NCBI GenBank assembly: GCA_964188305.1
Contig: OZ076885.1
DNA: 64,000 bases
Source: Podarcis bocagei
Lineage: Eukaryota
Reading direction: 5' to 3' (one strand)
Below the pieces are notes generated by a model. The model worked only from the letters and a program-made list of their open reading frames with translations. It was not told where the DNA came from and searched no databases. Made by a program: the position numbers and the translations under genes. This document shows positions 24,814 through 38,842 of this stretch, in pieces. Every line of letters begins with the position of its first letter. Position 1 is the stretch's first letter.

Positions 24814-25195
24814 AATAATAATAATTTATTAATTATAACCTGTCTATCTGGCTGGGTTTCCCAAGCCACTAGGCGGCTCCCAACAGAACACCAATAACAA
24901 TAATAAAAAACCAACAACATCAAACATTAAAAAAACTTCCCTATACAGGACTCCCTTCAGATGTCTTCTAAAAGTCAGTTGTTTATTTCCTTCACATCTG
25001 AAGAGAGGGAGTTCCACAGGGCAGGTGCCACTGAGAAGGCCCTCTGCCTGGTTCCCTGTATCTTCACTTCCCGTAGTGAGGGAACCGCCAGAAGGCCATC
25101 AGAGATGGACCTCAGGGTCTGGGCTGGACAATGGGGGTGGAGATGCTCCTTCAGGTATACTGGGCCAAGACTACCTTTATAACATCTCACAAGGC
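24814..25195 (-). mobile_element. L2 LINE 3' end
   Basis: Minus ORF LGPVYLKEHL...LRS...LLAVPSLREV...RAFSVAPALWNSL. Confidence 0.85.
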
Positions 25196-25539
25196 AGGAT
25201 TCCACCACGCTCACAAACTAGTATGAATTTTAAAGTCCCAAGTTAAACTAATCAATAGTTCTGACAATAGGAGTGGATCAGGCTGCATAATCTGTTGCCC
25301 TCATCAGGTATATTATTTTCCCCATACAGTGAATGCTTTGGTAGAGCTTAATACCTTGTTTTATGATAAATTGCAGGTGTTGAATTTAAAAGCTGCTCTA
25401 CCCATTTCCAGCACACGTTTTAAAAAACGAAATGGGCATTTTGTCATAAAAATTAATTTTCTAGCAAACATCCCACCTAGGTACACCTTCACTGATCATA
25501 GTATTACAAAATGACTTGTCTTAAATATATATGACTGTA

Positions 25540-25780
25540 CAGTGGTACCTCAGTTTACGAACTTAATCTGTTCCAGAAGTCTGTTCTTAAACCGAAACCG
25601 TTCTTAAACCGAGGCGCTCTTTCCCAAATGAGGCCTTCTGCCACCGGTGCCCTTCCACCGTTCGGCTTCCATTCTTAGACCAAGGTAAAGTTCGCAAACC
25701 GGGACACTATTTCCAGTTTTGCAGAGTTTGTAAACCGAATTGTTCTTAAACCGGACTGTTCTTAAACTGAGGTACCACTG
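25540..25780. mobile_element. pogo-like MITE
   Basis: CAGTGGTACCTCAGTTTA...TAAACTGAGGTACCACTG. Confidence 0.8.
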
Positions 25781-27134
25781 ACAAGAAAAGGGTCAACAGG
25801 TAGTAATTTTATTACAGAGATAGGGAACCGGTGAGCCTCCATCTCTTGCTGGACTGTAACTCCCCTCATTCCTGATAACTGGGCACGCGGCCTGGGGCCA
25901 ATGGGAGTTTGAATCCTACGCAGCTCCACCCCATTCAACTGTTAAAGTTAACTTGTGAAGCATAGTAAGGGCTGTGTGTATGTGAATGCTGATAAAATTC
26001 TTAATCTTCAATCCTATATATTGTGTAACCTTTTTTTGCTGTTTGAGGTTTCTTCAAATCAAAACCAAGAAACTGGATAAATGAGGTATTGGAATTTGAT
26101 GTAAAACGGAAAATGATTAAAAAATATTTTTTAAAAAAGAAACTGGATGAAATCTTTCATGTGTTCTAGTCTCAAATCTTCTGCAGAAAGACTATAATGA
26201 GAAAGGACCCCCCCCCGATTGCCTGTCTGTCATTCACCATCACTTTTTAATGAACAATCTTCAAAAACGGAGAGACTTTGCCAACCACAATTGGATTGTT
26301 GTTCTGCAGCTCGGATGCCTCCTTAGAAGCAGATGTCTCGGGCATTAGAGCAACACAATGGCAAAGCTTATAATCTTCAGAAACCTGCTCAACGAGAATG
26401 GTAACCGCAAAGGGTAGTGTAACTCTTGAATTAGTGGCCTTTTAAAAATTCAGGGTGGTACATTGTTAATTATAAATCTACCATATTCTTTATAAAGTGA
26501 AGAGGCAGGCTTATGATTAAAGTAAACATAACTCAAGGATCTTATTCCCACGTTGATTTAGGATGTCGCTCTAAGAGTGCCCTCGAAAACGTATCATCTG
26601 AACTGCTGAAAGGTGCTGAGCTAGCGCATTGGAATGCCGGCATATTCTGCCAAAATAAGCACTCCAGGCGTGGCTAATGCCCAATTCATACATTATCACC
26701 GTGGCCTGGCTCCCCGTGAGAAACTACTTCCATATGATTGGATCTCCATCTCACAGCAGCAGTTACACCTTATGTAAATATGCAGAAATTACCATTATTA
26801 ATTACTAAGCACCTAAGTTTTTTTCTAAGCCCTGTAGAGAAATTTAGAAGAATTTCTAAATTCTAAAATGCTGGAAGACTCAGTCTAATAAACATATAAT
26901 AAAAGGAAAAAGGAATGGGGAGAGGAAAGGAAAGCAATCAAAGGCAGATACTAATTCTTGAAGTGACATAATCTCAACGACATTATCTGATCTGGACAGA
27001 TGGAACTAACTGTCTTTAAGTACACATACACAGTCTTGCCCTCTGGCCAGGAGCAGAAGCCAGAGAGTGCTTCGCTTCAGCTTTGCGGTTCCAGCTGGTA
27101 TATAGATTCCAATGTTCTTTCTGGCAGGGAAAGG

Positions 27135-27310
27135 GACAACTGTAGTGGGAGAGCATCTGCTTTGCATGTAGAAGGTCCCTAAATTCAATCCCCAGCATCT
27201 CCAGTTAAGAATGGGAATGTCCCCTTGTCTAAAACTCTGGAGATAGAGGCAATACTCAGCTAGACTGATCAATGGCCTGGCTTACTTTAAAGCAGATTCT
27301 TACAATCCCA
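27135..27310 (+). mobile_element. Degenerate tRNA-derived SINE
   Basis: tRNA-like head AGTGG.AGAGCATCTGCTTTGCATG.AGAAGGTCCC..TTCAATCCCCAGCATCTCC plus body; partial copies near 23975-24070 (-) and 36230-36325. Confidence 0.6.
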
Positions 27311-28948
27311 AGATTCCTGCAGCTATTCCTTTTCTGATAGGGCCATGCTGTTTTTCTTCTAGCTGTGGTTTCCTTTCTGGGAGGTAGGGAGTGCAATCTC
27401 TTAGTAGTGTGTGGTCCTCCAGCTGTTTCCCTTTGGCTGAGAATTGCCAGAGCATCACTAAAAGGAGTCTCCCAGCTAGGGATGGCTGAATCTTTTAACT
27501 TCAGTTCCTCTTTTTCCCAATCCTAAATTCAGTTTCCACTTCAGTTTGTATTTTTTTAAAAAAGCATCTCATGAAAATCCAGCATATGAGTGCATCCTGT
27601 TTGTCTGCAATTGCGACTCATATGCACATTTTTTTTTGCAAAGCATTTCCTCCTCATATAATGTTATTTTCACAGATGTTAACAAGATGCAAGACTAGTA
27701 TAATTTCGGTGTAATTGTGAAATCAACAATTCAGCTTGGGAACAATGATTTTTAGAAAAATAAAATTTGACACATTCAAATTACATGTATACGCCCTAAA
27801 TGAGCTACAATTCATTTTCAAGATTTAATATGATTTTAATTTGATGCTTTTATATAGTGTTAATTTTGCTGCATAATTTTGTATGCTGCCTTCTGAGGGC
27901 AGTGTGACCTGAAAGGCAGTTAATCTGTTTTTAAACAAACAAATAAAACCTGCATCGTCAGACAGGCCTCCAATAATAGCTTGGGAGCTGTCTCAGGTTA
28001 ACATCCAATATGAAGAGGAATGTCTGCATAAAGGCCTTAGTTATGCAACGCTTACTTTGAAGAAGAAAAAGTGCAGGAGGTCACGTAGAAGAAATAAGAT
28101 GCTACTCTTTTGCCCAAAGATGCAGTCCTCACTAGCTCACTGTCTCAAGTTATCACAAACCAGCACAAAGATATCATTGATCCGCACTCTCCAAACTATA
28201 GTCAAGATTCTGGGCAAATGTCCCCACCCCTCAATGTTCATGGGAAATACATGATGTGAATAACAATAACACAAGTTCCGTCAGTTTTACAGAGTTAATT
28301 CTCCATGCACCCAGTGGTATTGGGGAAAGCATCCCCACACAGTCTCAAGTATTTGAAGAACAGCAGAATTAAGTTGCAATCCTGTACATCGGGATTGGCA
28401 AACCTTTTTTGGGCATTGATTCATGCTCAAGACTCTGTGAGCTGTATGTCAAGGTGGGACTGGCCAAAGTGTAAAAGCAGGCATGGTGACAAGCACAATT
28501 CTCAATATCACTTTCCAAAAGGCCTTCTCATCAGCTTTATATATTTCATATATTTTAAATCATTTTAATATTTTAAATCATTTTTAGAATTCATTATCCA
28601 TTCTTAAACTCAGGTAGAATCTTTTTCTTTTTTAAAAAAATAGCCATTTGACACTTTGGGGGGAGACACAAATATCATTTGGCATCATGTCACCACAGTG
28701 ACTAATTTAAAATGCTGCACATACTTTGGGGTGATCTATGGGAGAGCTGCTATAAACCTTAGGAGGAGGCCCATAGGTCACAGGTTAGTCGCCCTTCTGT
28801 ACACATCTGGGAGTAAATCTCATTGTATTTAAAGAGACTTACCTCTGAGTAGACTTACACAGAAGTGCACTGTTAGTGTCTTATACAAGTTCTTACGTAA
28901 CAAACTCTTCCTTTCCTATCTTCTTCAGAATGGCACCTTTCAAATTAA

Positions 28949-28953
<5 letters not shown>

Positions 28954-29022
<69 letters not shown>
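28954..29022. repeat. Compound (TC)n(AC)n microsatellite
   Basis: Direct reading. Confidence 0.95.
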
Positions 29023-29023
<1 letters not shown>

Positions 29024-29783
29024 TTTGCAGTTTCAAAAACATTTACTTGTTTTGCCCTGTATAAGTGGCCACCAGAAACAAGAATGCACACGATGTTCAT
29101 TGAATTTATTAAGTCATAACGCCAAATCATAAACTGGGGGTATTTAAGCACTAGTTTATAGTATCAACATTTTCAATTAACTTTCTTATAGGTAGCAGAT
29201 CAACAAAGAATGGCATGCACACAACTGTGCCAGTATAGTCCTTGAGATCCTCAGATTTACATGAGTAGTTTTCCAGCACAGGATCCTCTGAGGGTGATAT
29301 TGTGATAGTAGGGAAGGAGAAGGAAGAAGGCACCATTACGTTGCAGTTGCAGATGTTAGCAAACCCTTGCATTCCATTGTGCAAGTCATAGTGACAATCC
29401 AGCGTATCTGTACGCAGATGTTAGTACCATTGGGCTGCATCCAACATTGCACAAATAGAAGGCAGCTTGCGCAACTAATCTGTCCCTTGGCCTTTTCGTC
29501 CCCATATACCCCCCCAAAAAAAAACTTTTCTAGATGGTAATGGAGGACTACCAATCATTGGCTGTGTTGACCAGTACTGCAGTAGAAGATTTGCCTGAAA
29601 CTGAGTGGAAGAACCTTGACCTTCCAGATGACAACATCTGGAAGACACTCCCGAACCCTTTTGAAATATATGAACAGAGGGTGGGAGGGAAAGATGCTTT
29701 ACCCAAATTTGTCTTCTGTGCATGCAACACTGAATGCAATGCACTGATGTTCAGGGGACTCAATCTCAGGTAACTGTATATAG

Positions 29784-30394
29784 CAGGGGTGGGGAACCTG
29801 AGGCCCAGGGCTGAACATGGCCCTCCAGGCCTCTGGCCCTTGACACTCTCACTGGGCCATGCCTCATTCCCAGGTGCACCCACTTTCTCTAGGGCACACC
29901 CCTCACCAGGCCTACTCTGTGTCCAATTCAAATGCTTCTGTCTGTCTGGATTGTATGGTTGAACTGTGAAATGCTTCCTGATTGCCTGGCTGGGTGATGC
30001 AGAGATGGGCTGGAGTGTGTAAGGAGAAACCTTTGTGAGGCTGGCATGGAACCTACATAGCCTCCAGCATTTTTCCGATGAAAGTAGGGATGTCCTATTC
30101 AACAACAACAACAACAATTTTATTATTTATACCCTGCCCATCTGACTGGGTTGCCCCAGCCACCCTGGGCAGCTTCCATCATACACGTATAAAAATATAA
30201 TAAAACATTTAACATAAAAAACCTTTCCTAGTTACTTACCTCCTTGGCTCAGGGCTACACCCAACTTGTTGCCTCTGTTGATCTGCCCACCTTTGCCTCT
30301 GGCCATACCCATCACAGGGCATGCCTACCACTACCCCCAAAAACTTCCCCAGTGAGGGATGTGGTCCAAAGGCTGAAAAAGTTCCCAACCGCTG
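29784..30394. mobile_element. hAT-like non-autonomous element with nested insert
   Basis: CAGGGGTGGGGAACCT...AGTTCCCAACCGCTG ends; internal L2-tail cassette at ~30055-30230. Confidence 0.6.
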
Positions 30395-32122
30395 GCAAAT
30401 AGGATGTCAACCTCGGTTACTCTGGCCGGAAGAGGATGAGAAAAATAAATTGCGCTAGAAAGTATATTGTTGCTCCATACCTTCAGTGCCTTATGCAATG
30501 GTGGCACACCATGTACTTTGTGCACGAACACATTCAGGAGGACTGACTATAGATACCTGTAAAATATTTGCATAATCATGAATTATGGGAATATGGAACA
30601 CAGAGCTGAAACCTAGGGATCCACATGTAAAGCTCTGATGGTCAAATTCAGCTAAGGGAAAAGGGAGGCATCTACAGAGTGGTAGCTAAGAACTTACTCT
30701 GAGAAAATGGGGGCAGAGGTCTGGTCTGACACAACCAGGAGACCCTCTTCCTCTATCTTGATTAAAATTAGTTGCTGGGCAGAGAAATGAACTTTTTAAG
30801 ATTTTATAATGAGGGAGAAATCTGGTAGTTTGCATGAACACTGTCATAACTATGACTAGTTTCCTGTAAAAGATTTGCATAATCATGATCTGGGAAGAGC
30901 TAGGGAAAATCTGGAGGACTGTTTGGTTGCCAAGCCCCAAATGTAATTTATATGAGTGAAAGCTTTTTATTAGTCAGTACCTCAAAATCCTGAGTAATTT
31001 AAGACTGTGCTGCAGCAACCAGGTCACGCTCCTCCTAGATAAGTCACTATCCACAAAGAAATACCAAAGGATTACTATAAATTTGCCTCCACAATGGGTT
31101 CATTTTAAGCCATTCAGTAAAATTCCAATCCCTTTGGGGTGTTACTTATCTCAAATGCCATAATTTGTGCTGTAATATTTTCTTGGGTCAAAGCGCTATT
31201 ATGTGCATCAGCCGTCAGGTTACAATGACTTTGGATATGCCTCTCATGCTACAAAAATAAAAATGCCTGTCTACACCTACAAAAGTTCTAGCCAAAAAAT
31301 GAAACAATAAAATTTCACAACATGACTAGGTGTGTTTTACTCAGTTTGTCTGTAAATAGAGGAGTGCCGACGTAGGAGTATAATAAAGAGCGACTCAAAG
31401 GGGGGGCATGTTGGGGAGAAATACATTAGTAATTAATGACTTCACTTAAATGCACATGAACCCTTGCTTTTAAAAAACTGAAGCACTGGCTGTGGCGGTG
31501 ACCATTTTGAATCAATATAACTTCTCAAACCAAGAAACATCACTTGCAAAAATAAGAGTTTATGACTAAGAATTATCCATGAAAGCTGAGACCAGCCTGT
31601 AGGAGAAACACTTTGGCTGCGAGAGCAGATATGGAGGATGGTTCCTTCCCAGAGCCACCTTGGGCCTGAGCGTTTTGGTTTTGTTGGTGTACATCAGAGG
31701 ATGAGGACAAAAATGTAGCTTCTTGATTGTCTACAACTGGTATGGGGGGAAATTTGGCCTTCCAGCTGTTGCTACACTACATGTCCCATCATCCCTAGTT
31801 GTTGCTCATGCTTGGCCTGATGGGGCTATAACTCAGCAACAGCTGGCGGTCCAGAAATTCTCCACATCTGGTCTACAAGCTTTACATGAGGAAGGTGTCA
31901 CGGTAAAAATCCTTGGCTTCTCCCATAGTATAGGTGAGGGGAGCACAGCTCCAGGACTTTTTTTTAAGAACAAGAACAACGACTGATGAATTCTCCCTGC
32001 CCTGACGTGTGAATGAGGGGGCAATGAGGCTTTCAAGTTGATTTGCGACAAATCTGGAGAATGAAGACAATAATGAAGCAGACTCCTATTTCATGTGAGC
32101 AATTTAAATGATAACACATCTT

Positions 32123-35100
32123 CATTGTCTTTGATGATGGACTATTTGGACTATGCTAATATTATTGTGATGGGAGATATGAATGGGGTGGTGTCTACAA
32201 ATATGGACAAATCCCAAAATCAAAACTTAACAACAGACGGCAGACTCCCTAAAACTTTCTTTGAAATGACAGACAATATGGACTTGATTGACATTTGGAG
32301 GACAAAGAACCCTTTGGGTAAAGAAGGAACTTTCTTTTCTGAGGCCCACTTGTCATGGACACGAATCGACCAAATTTGGATATCTAGAGGGCTGGCTCCG
32401 AAAACGAGAAAAGTGGAAATCTGCCCAAAAACCTGCTCCGACCACAATGCCATAAAAATGGAACTGAGACTTTTCCCAACTGGATCCTTCAGATGGAGAA
32501 TGAATGACACCTTGCTAAGAGATCAAGAGATTGTGAAGAAGGCCCAAAAAACACTAAAGGACTACTTTGAAATAAATTTGAACACTACGGTGGAGAAAAG
32601 AACAATCTGGGATGCAAGTAAAGCTGTAATGAGAGGGTTTCTGATTCAACAGAATTCGATAAAAAGAAAATATTGGAATGGAAAAAAAGAAAAAATCTTA
32701 GAGAAAATAAGTGAAGGAGAGAAAAAATTGAGAATCAAACCGAAATCTAAAGAGGTGCTAAGAGAGATCAAATTTCATCAAGCACAATATTCGAAACTGA
32801 TCAATCAAGAGATTGAGTGGAAAATCAAACAAATGAAACAGAGATCGTTTGAATCAGCAAATAAATGTGGAAAGTTGCTGGCTTGGCAGCTGAAAAAAAG
32901 ACAAAAGTTAAATACGGTTACAAATCTGGAGATTCAAGGAAAAATAGTTCAGAAACCAGAAGAAATAAGAAAGTGCTTCCACAGATATTTCAAAGAGCTC
33001 TACGCACAGGGGCCTCAGAAAGAATCGGAAATGGACCAATTTTTGGAAACAAATGGACTACCTAAAATAAGTCAAGATAAAAGATCAATTCTTAACAGCA
33101 AAATAACTCAACAGGAAATTGAAGGTGCCATCCAAAACATGCAGCTGGGCAAATCTCCAGGCCCGGATGGACTCACCTCCAAATATTACAAAACTTTGAA
33201 GGATCTCTTGATACAACCGTTGTTGGAGGTTTGTAACCAGATCATGGAGGGGAGGAAGGCACCGGAAACGTGGAAAGAAGCATTTATCACATTGATTCCC
33301 AAGTCAGAAAGGGAAAAGACTCAGCTTAAGAACTACCGTCCCATCTCACTCCTGAATGTGGATTACAAAATTTTTGCAGACATTTTAGCAAGTAGACTTA
33401 AAAATGTATTAAATGAAGTAATTCACAAGGACCAAGCAGGCTTTCTCCCTGGTAGACACATGTCGGACAATACCAGGAACATCATTGATATTTTGGAGCT
33501 GTTGCGAATTAGAAATACAAGGGCTGCCTTAATCTTTATTGATGCGGAGAAAGCATTTGACAACATTTCTTGGATGTTTATGAAGAAGAACTTGAAAGGG
33601 ATGGGAGTGGGACGGGGGTTTGAAAATGGATTAGAAGCAATCTATTCAGAACAAAAAGCTAAACTGATAGTGAACAATGTGGTATCGGAGGAACTTCGAA
33701 TTGAAAAAGGGACACGACAGGGGTGCCCTTTATCCCCTCTGCTATTTATTTCTGTTCTGGAGGTATTGCTGAATATGATTAGGGAGGACCAGCTGGTGCA
33801 AGGTATAGAGGTCGGAGCGAAACAATACAAACTGAAAGCCTTTGCAGATGACCTAGTCTTGACAGTACAGGAGCCAGTATCTAGTACAAAAAGAGTTCTG
33901 GAACTTATTTTGGAGTTTGGTCGGGTGGCGGGATTTAAGTTAAACAAACAAAAAACTAAGGTTTTGGTCAAAAATCTGACACCTACAGAGATAGAGGAGT
34001 ATCAGAAAGAGACAGAGCTAAGTGTGGTTAAAAAAGTGAAATACCTGGGGGTATACTTGTCCACTAAAAATTTAAATCTTTTTAAAGATAACTATGAAAA
34101 ATGTTGGTTGGAAATTAAAAAAGACTTGGATATTTGGTCAAGATTGAAACTTACCTTGTCAGGCCGAATCGCAGCTATAAAGATGTGTGTTTTGCCTAAA
34201 ATGCTATTTTTATTTCAGACCCTTCAGGTCGTGGACAGAATGGAATGTTTTGGTAAATGGCAGAAGGATATCTCTAAGTTTGTCTGGCAGGGCAAAAAGC
34301 CCCGAATAAAATTTAAAATACTAACCGACTCAAAAGAAAGAGGGGGGTTTGCCCTGCCGGACCTAAGGTTGTACTATGAAGCTGCAGCCTTCTGCTGGTT
34401 GAAGGATTGGTTCCTGTTGGAAAACACCGATGTCCTAGATCTGGAAGGGTTTGATAACGTGTATGGTTGGCATGCATACTTGTGGTATGACAAGGCGAAG
34501 GTCCATAAATTGTTTAAAAATCATATTGTCAGAAAATCAATTTTTGCCGTCTGGATGAAGTACAAGGATTTATTAGAAAGCAAGACCCCGAGGTGGCTAT
34601 CACCTGTGGAAGCCAAGATTTCTAAAAAAAAACCCAATATGGAGGCCTACTGGCCAAAGTATTGGGAACTGATTGAAAGAGTTGGAGATAACTGGAAGCT
34701 CCAAAGCCAGGACAAATTAAAAGGTAAGGTGCGAGATTGGCTACATTATGCTCAAATTCAAGAGGTATTTAAAATGGACAGAAAAGTGGGTTTCCAGTTG
34801 GAGAAATCGAAACTGGAGACGGAGCTGCTAGAACCAAAGACTAAGGTACTTTCGAGGATGTATGACTTGCTGCTTAAATGGAACACACAGGATGAGACAG
34901 TTAAATCTGCTATGATAAAATGGGCACAGGATGTGGGACACAACATTATGTCTGAAGACTGGGAAAGGTTATGGAACACCGGTATGAAATTCACGGCATG
35001 TAGTGCCTTGAAAGAGAACATTATGAAAATGGTATACCGGTGGTACATGACTCCAGTCAAGCTGGCTAAAATATATCATCTTTCTGATAATAAGTGTTGG

Positions 35101-35502
35101 AAATGCAAGGAGGCAGAAGGGACATTCTTTCACCTCTGGTGGACCTGCCCGAAAGTAAAGGCCTTTTGGGAAATCATACATAATGAGCTGAAAAAGGTAT
35201 TTAGATATACCTTCTCTAAGAAACCAGAGGCCTTTCTCTTGGGCATGGTGGACCGGAAGGTGCCAAAGAAGGACAGAACTTTGTTTATGTATGCAACCAC
35301 AGCAGCTAGGATTCTCATCGCTAAGTTCTGGAAAACACCAGATTTACCCACACTGGAGGACTGGCAGACGCAGTTGATGGACTATATGGAGGTGGCAGAA
35401 ATGACTGGCAGAATCCGAGATCTGAGCGAAGAAACTATGGAGGAGGACTGGAAAAAATTTAAGGACTATTTGCAAAAACATTATAAGTTGTTTGAATGTT
35501 AA
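32123..35502 (+). CDS. L1 ORF2 (partial APE endonuclease, RT, C-terminal CCHC knuckle), uninterrupted
   Basis: GDMN and SDH (APE); SPGPDG, NYRPISLLN, IDAEKAFD, QGCPLSP and FADD (RT); CWKC...HLWWTC. Confidence 0.93.
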
Positions 35503-35924
35503 GATAGCGCACGATTAAGAAATGTTATGTTTCCGCAATTTATTTTAAGAAACGATAAAGCAAGTATTGATAGAAAAAACGAGAAATATTTGAAACAAAT
35601 TATTATGTTTATTAAGAATGTCAAAACTAAATTACAATTTTTTGAAATTGGTAACATAATACATTTAAAGGTATAATAAGATGGGAAACAAGATAACAAA
35701 TTGCTGAACTGGCTAGAACAATGAATGCAATGCTGAGAGGATGCGAGGAGGTCCAAAAGTGAATTGCTGAAAGAGGTTAAGGAAAGTTTCATAACATTTT
35801 TTCTTGTTTTTATTTTTCTTTATATATATATATAAAAAATGTTTCTTGTATGTTGCCATGTAAACAAATTTGTTAATCTATGAAAAGAAACGCAATAAAA
35901 AATCTTTATAAAAAAAAAAAAAAA
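32123..35924 (+). mobile_element. Young 5'-truncated L1 LINE
   Basis: 18-bp TSD taaatgataacacatctt at 32105-32122 and 35925-35942; AATAAA plus poly(A) tail. Confidence 0.95.
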
Positions 35925-37872
35925 TAAATGATAACACATCTTTGCAAAATTGTTTACATTTCTAATTAAAGCCTAAGGGGTTGCGCTTCAGCTTTCTAGA
36001 TCTTTCGTTAATGCTGATTTTGTTTCACAACTTGAACCTATGGAAGTCAGAAGTAAGGGCCACTGAGTTTATGGATATAATCAGTTAAGACAGCTGCCTG
36101 CATGTTTGTACTCTCCTTGGAGGCAAGGCTATGGAGGGCTGTCATGATGACTTCCACTTCATAATCTACCCATTAGAAAAAACACTATTTTTCTTCAATT
36201 AAAAGGATGGGGTAGTAGGTGAGTGAAAGACTGAATTCTGGAGAACCACTGCAAACAAAGATGTCAATACTTGGCAAGATGAACCAGCAGTCTGACCTGT
36301 TATAAGGCAGCTTGCTATGTTCCTGGTGTCTGAAGACATGGAAGGTCCAAGAAGCAGCTATTCAGCATTGATCATGGCGGAAGATGTTTCCACTGGGTCC
36401 GGTGTGAGCCCCAGGATGGCAAGCAGACACTATCTACTGGCACACAGAGTGCTAGTGCTTGCAGAGAGGCATGGGGCATTTTCACAGAGGTTAATCTTGA
36501 GTCTTTCATATGTTGTCAAGTGAAACACAAAGCAGAAAAGAGAAATTTGCAATTAAATGAGCATTCTCGCTGATCTTACTTCACACATGTGAATTGCGGG
36601 GGAACCAAACACGGGGGGGGGGGTTATTTGAAAAAGTTAAGGGAATTTTGTGTGTATGTTTGTGTGTTGCTGAAAAAAGTTCTGTTGGAGCCGAGTAAGA
36701 CAATTCTTACTGTGGAGGTCAGGATAATCTGCATGGCTCCCTTCTTTATCTGCACTGGGAGGTAACTGCACTGTGAAATACAGTGACTGGCCCAAACTCA
36801 CCCAATCTGTAAATCGAAGGACATAAATTTTAACCCAGATCCCCCAGACTCAGTTCAACACTGATTTCCTCCAAAACCATGATGAGAACTTCCTGGCCCA
36901 GAAATCCTGGATCTGATGAAATTATGGAGTAAAGAGCACCTTTTTAACACTGTCCCTAAGGCCAACTCCATTCAAGCCTACCCAATTTATCCTAGAGTAA
37001 GAGGTGCACAGCTAATAGAGAAAGCATTGTCCACTCCCTGCACCCCTTCATAGCTCCTGTCTCTTCAATAACTGCACAACATGTGAAAATTCAGCTGGTG
37101 AAGCTTTTGCCACCATGACAAAAATGGACTCTCTTGCTGCAAAACATATGCTAAATATATGGGAAGCTTTCATGGCAAACCAGCTACAGCTGAAGCATAT
37201 TCTGCAGGATTGGGACCTTAAGAGGGCAAAGCTTTATGTGTGATGGGGAAAAAACATGTGAGTACTGTTTTCTGAGTGTATTCTGCCTGTATTCTATTTT
37301 CTGCCTGTATTCTGCAAGTGTGTGTTTGGTGAAAACAGTGAATGGATCCTTGGAAAGGAGATGGAAAAGTAACTTAAGAAATATTTAGCTTTCCAAATTT
37401 ACACATTTTCGCTATACTTAGAAGTGGTCTACATCTGACTCCTTTTCTGAGAACGCTGATAGATGAATTCCTCAGTCGTTTACTTTGGCAGATCCCTCAT
37501 TTTTTTCATCCCAGTCACACACCCTAAAATTTGCATTTATAATCCCTTTCTGGAATAACAAAAGTTGCTGCAGAAACATGTCTATAAGGATGCTCTTCTA
37601 CTACATAGTACTGATATAGTAGGTGCCGTGGCAATGACCAGCAAGCCACAGTGCTAAAATACTAACTATGGCAAAGGGTGTATTCATGCCATCACATATT
37701 TTATTAATGTTTCTAGTAGGGGGCTCTTCTCTTTCCTCACACTGAAAGCCAGACCTCATTTTGCTTTTGTCATGAGCTCTATTTTATTCAGCTGGATTTG
37801 ACTGTAAAATAGCTATGCCTTTATGACTGTAAGGAGGGTTTTGGGCTGCACCAACCAGCTTGTGTCCATATT

Positions 37873-38225
37873 AAAGGTAAAGGGACCCCTGACCATTTGG
37901 TCCAGTCATGACCGACTCTGGGGTTGTGCGCTCATCTCGCTTTATTAGCCGAGGGAGCCAGCGTACAGCTTCCGGGTCATGTGGCCAGCATGACTAAGCC
38001 GCTTCTGGCAAACCAGAGCAGCGCATGGAAACCCCGTTTTTTACCTTCCTACCAGAGCGGTACCTATTTATCTACTTGCACTTTGATGTGCTTTCAAACT
38101 GCTATGTGGGCAGGAGCTGGGACCGAGCAACAGGAGCTCACCCCATCGTGGGGATTCGAACTGCTGACCTTCTGATCGGCAAGTCCTAGGCTTTGTGGTT
38201 TAATCCACAGCGCCACCCGCGTCCC
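37873..38225 (-). mobile_element. Sauria SINE, full length
   Basis: Reverse complement of the 966-1321 family; TSD tgtccatatta. Confidence 0.92.
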
Positions 38226-38842
38226 GGTTATGTCCATATTAGGTATCTTCTAAGCACTAATTCAAACACACACATGTTTATCACCTAAAAACCTGGATAA
38301 TGTCTCTTTGAAGACTTGGTATGGAAACATATGGTATATAGCAATATCAGAAAAAATACTTTCTCCACACATTTGATAAAACTAAAAGCACAGCCACAAG
38401 CATTTTTGTGCTGTTTGGTGGGACTTTATTCAATATTAATGGGCACTGGAGAATACAAGACACTACCAGAAGTGGTGAAAAAGTTGTGGTTGGGTGATTT
38501 ATTCAGATATGGACAATATGAACCACAATGTAAGATCTAGATAAGATGTACAGTATGTGTGAGAGATACCATATTATTTGAATCACCCCCATAATGGTTT
38601 TGTGGCTATAGACTGGTTTTATATTTCATTTCCAGACTTTTAGATTTTTGTTTCTGTTTACTGTTATTGCTATCCTCATGCATGAAAACAATAAATAACA
38701 AAAAAGCAACACATGTTCATCACTTGATGAGTGTAACATCAAAGATGTGTTCAGGCATTTACCTGAACATGCCAATGAGTTAGAGCATTGGAATGTGTGT
38801 GCATGCAAACCCCAATTTTTTACGGAAAAGGACAGGTAAGAA

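Noticed and set aside
32095-32122. N-terminus MSNLNDNTS of the 1135-aa ORF as a true start or domesticated gene
   Set aside because: It is host flank plus TSD with a GTG start; the L1 begins at 32123.
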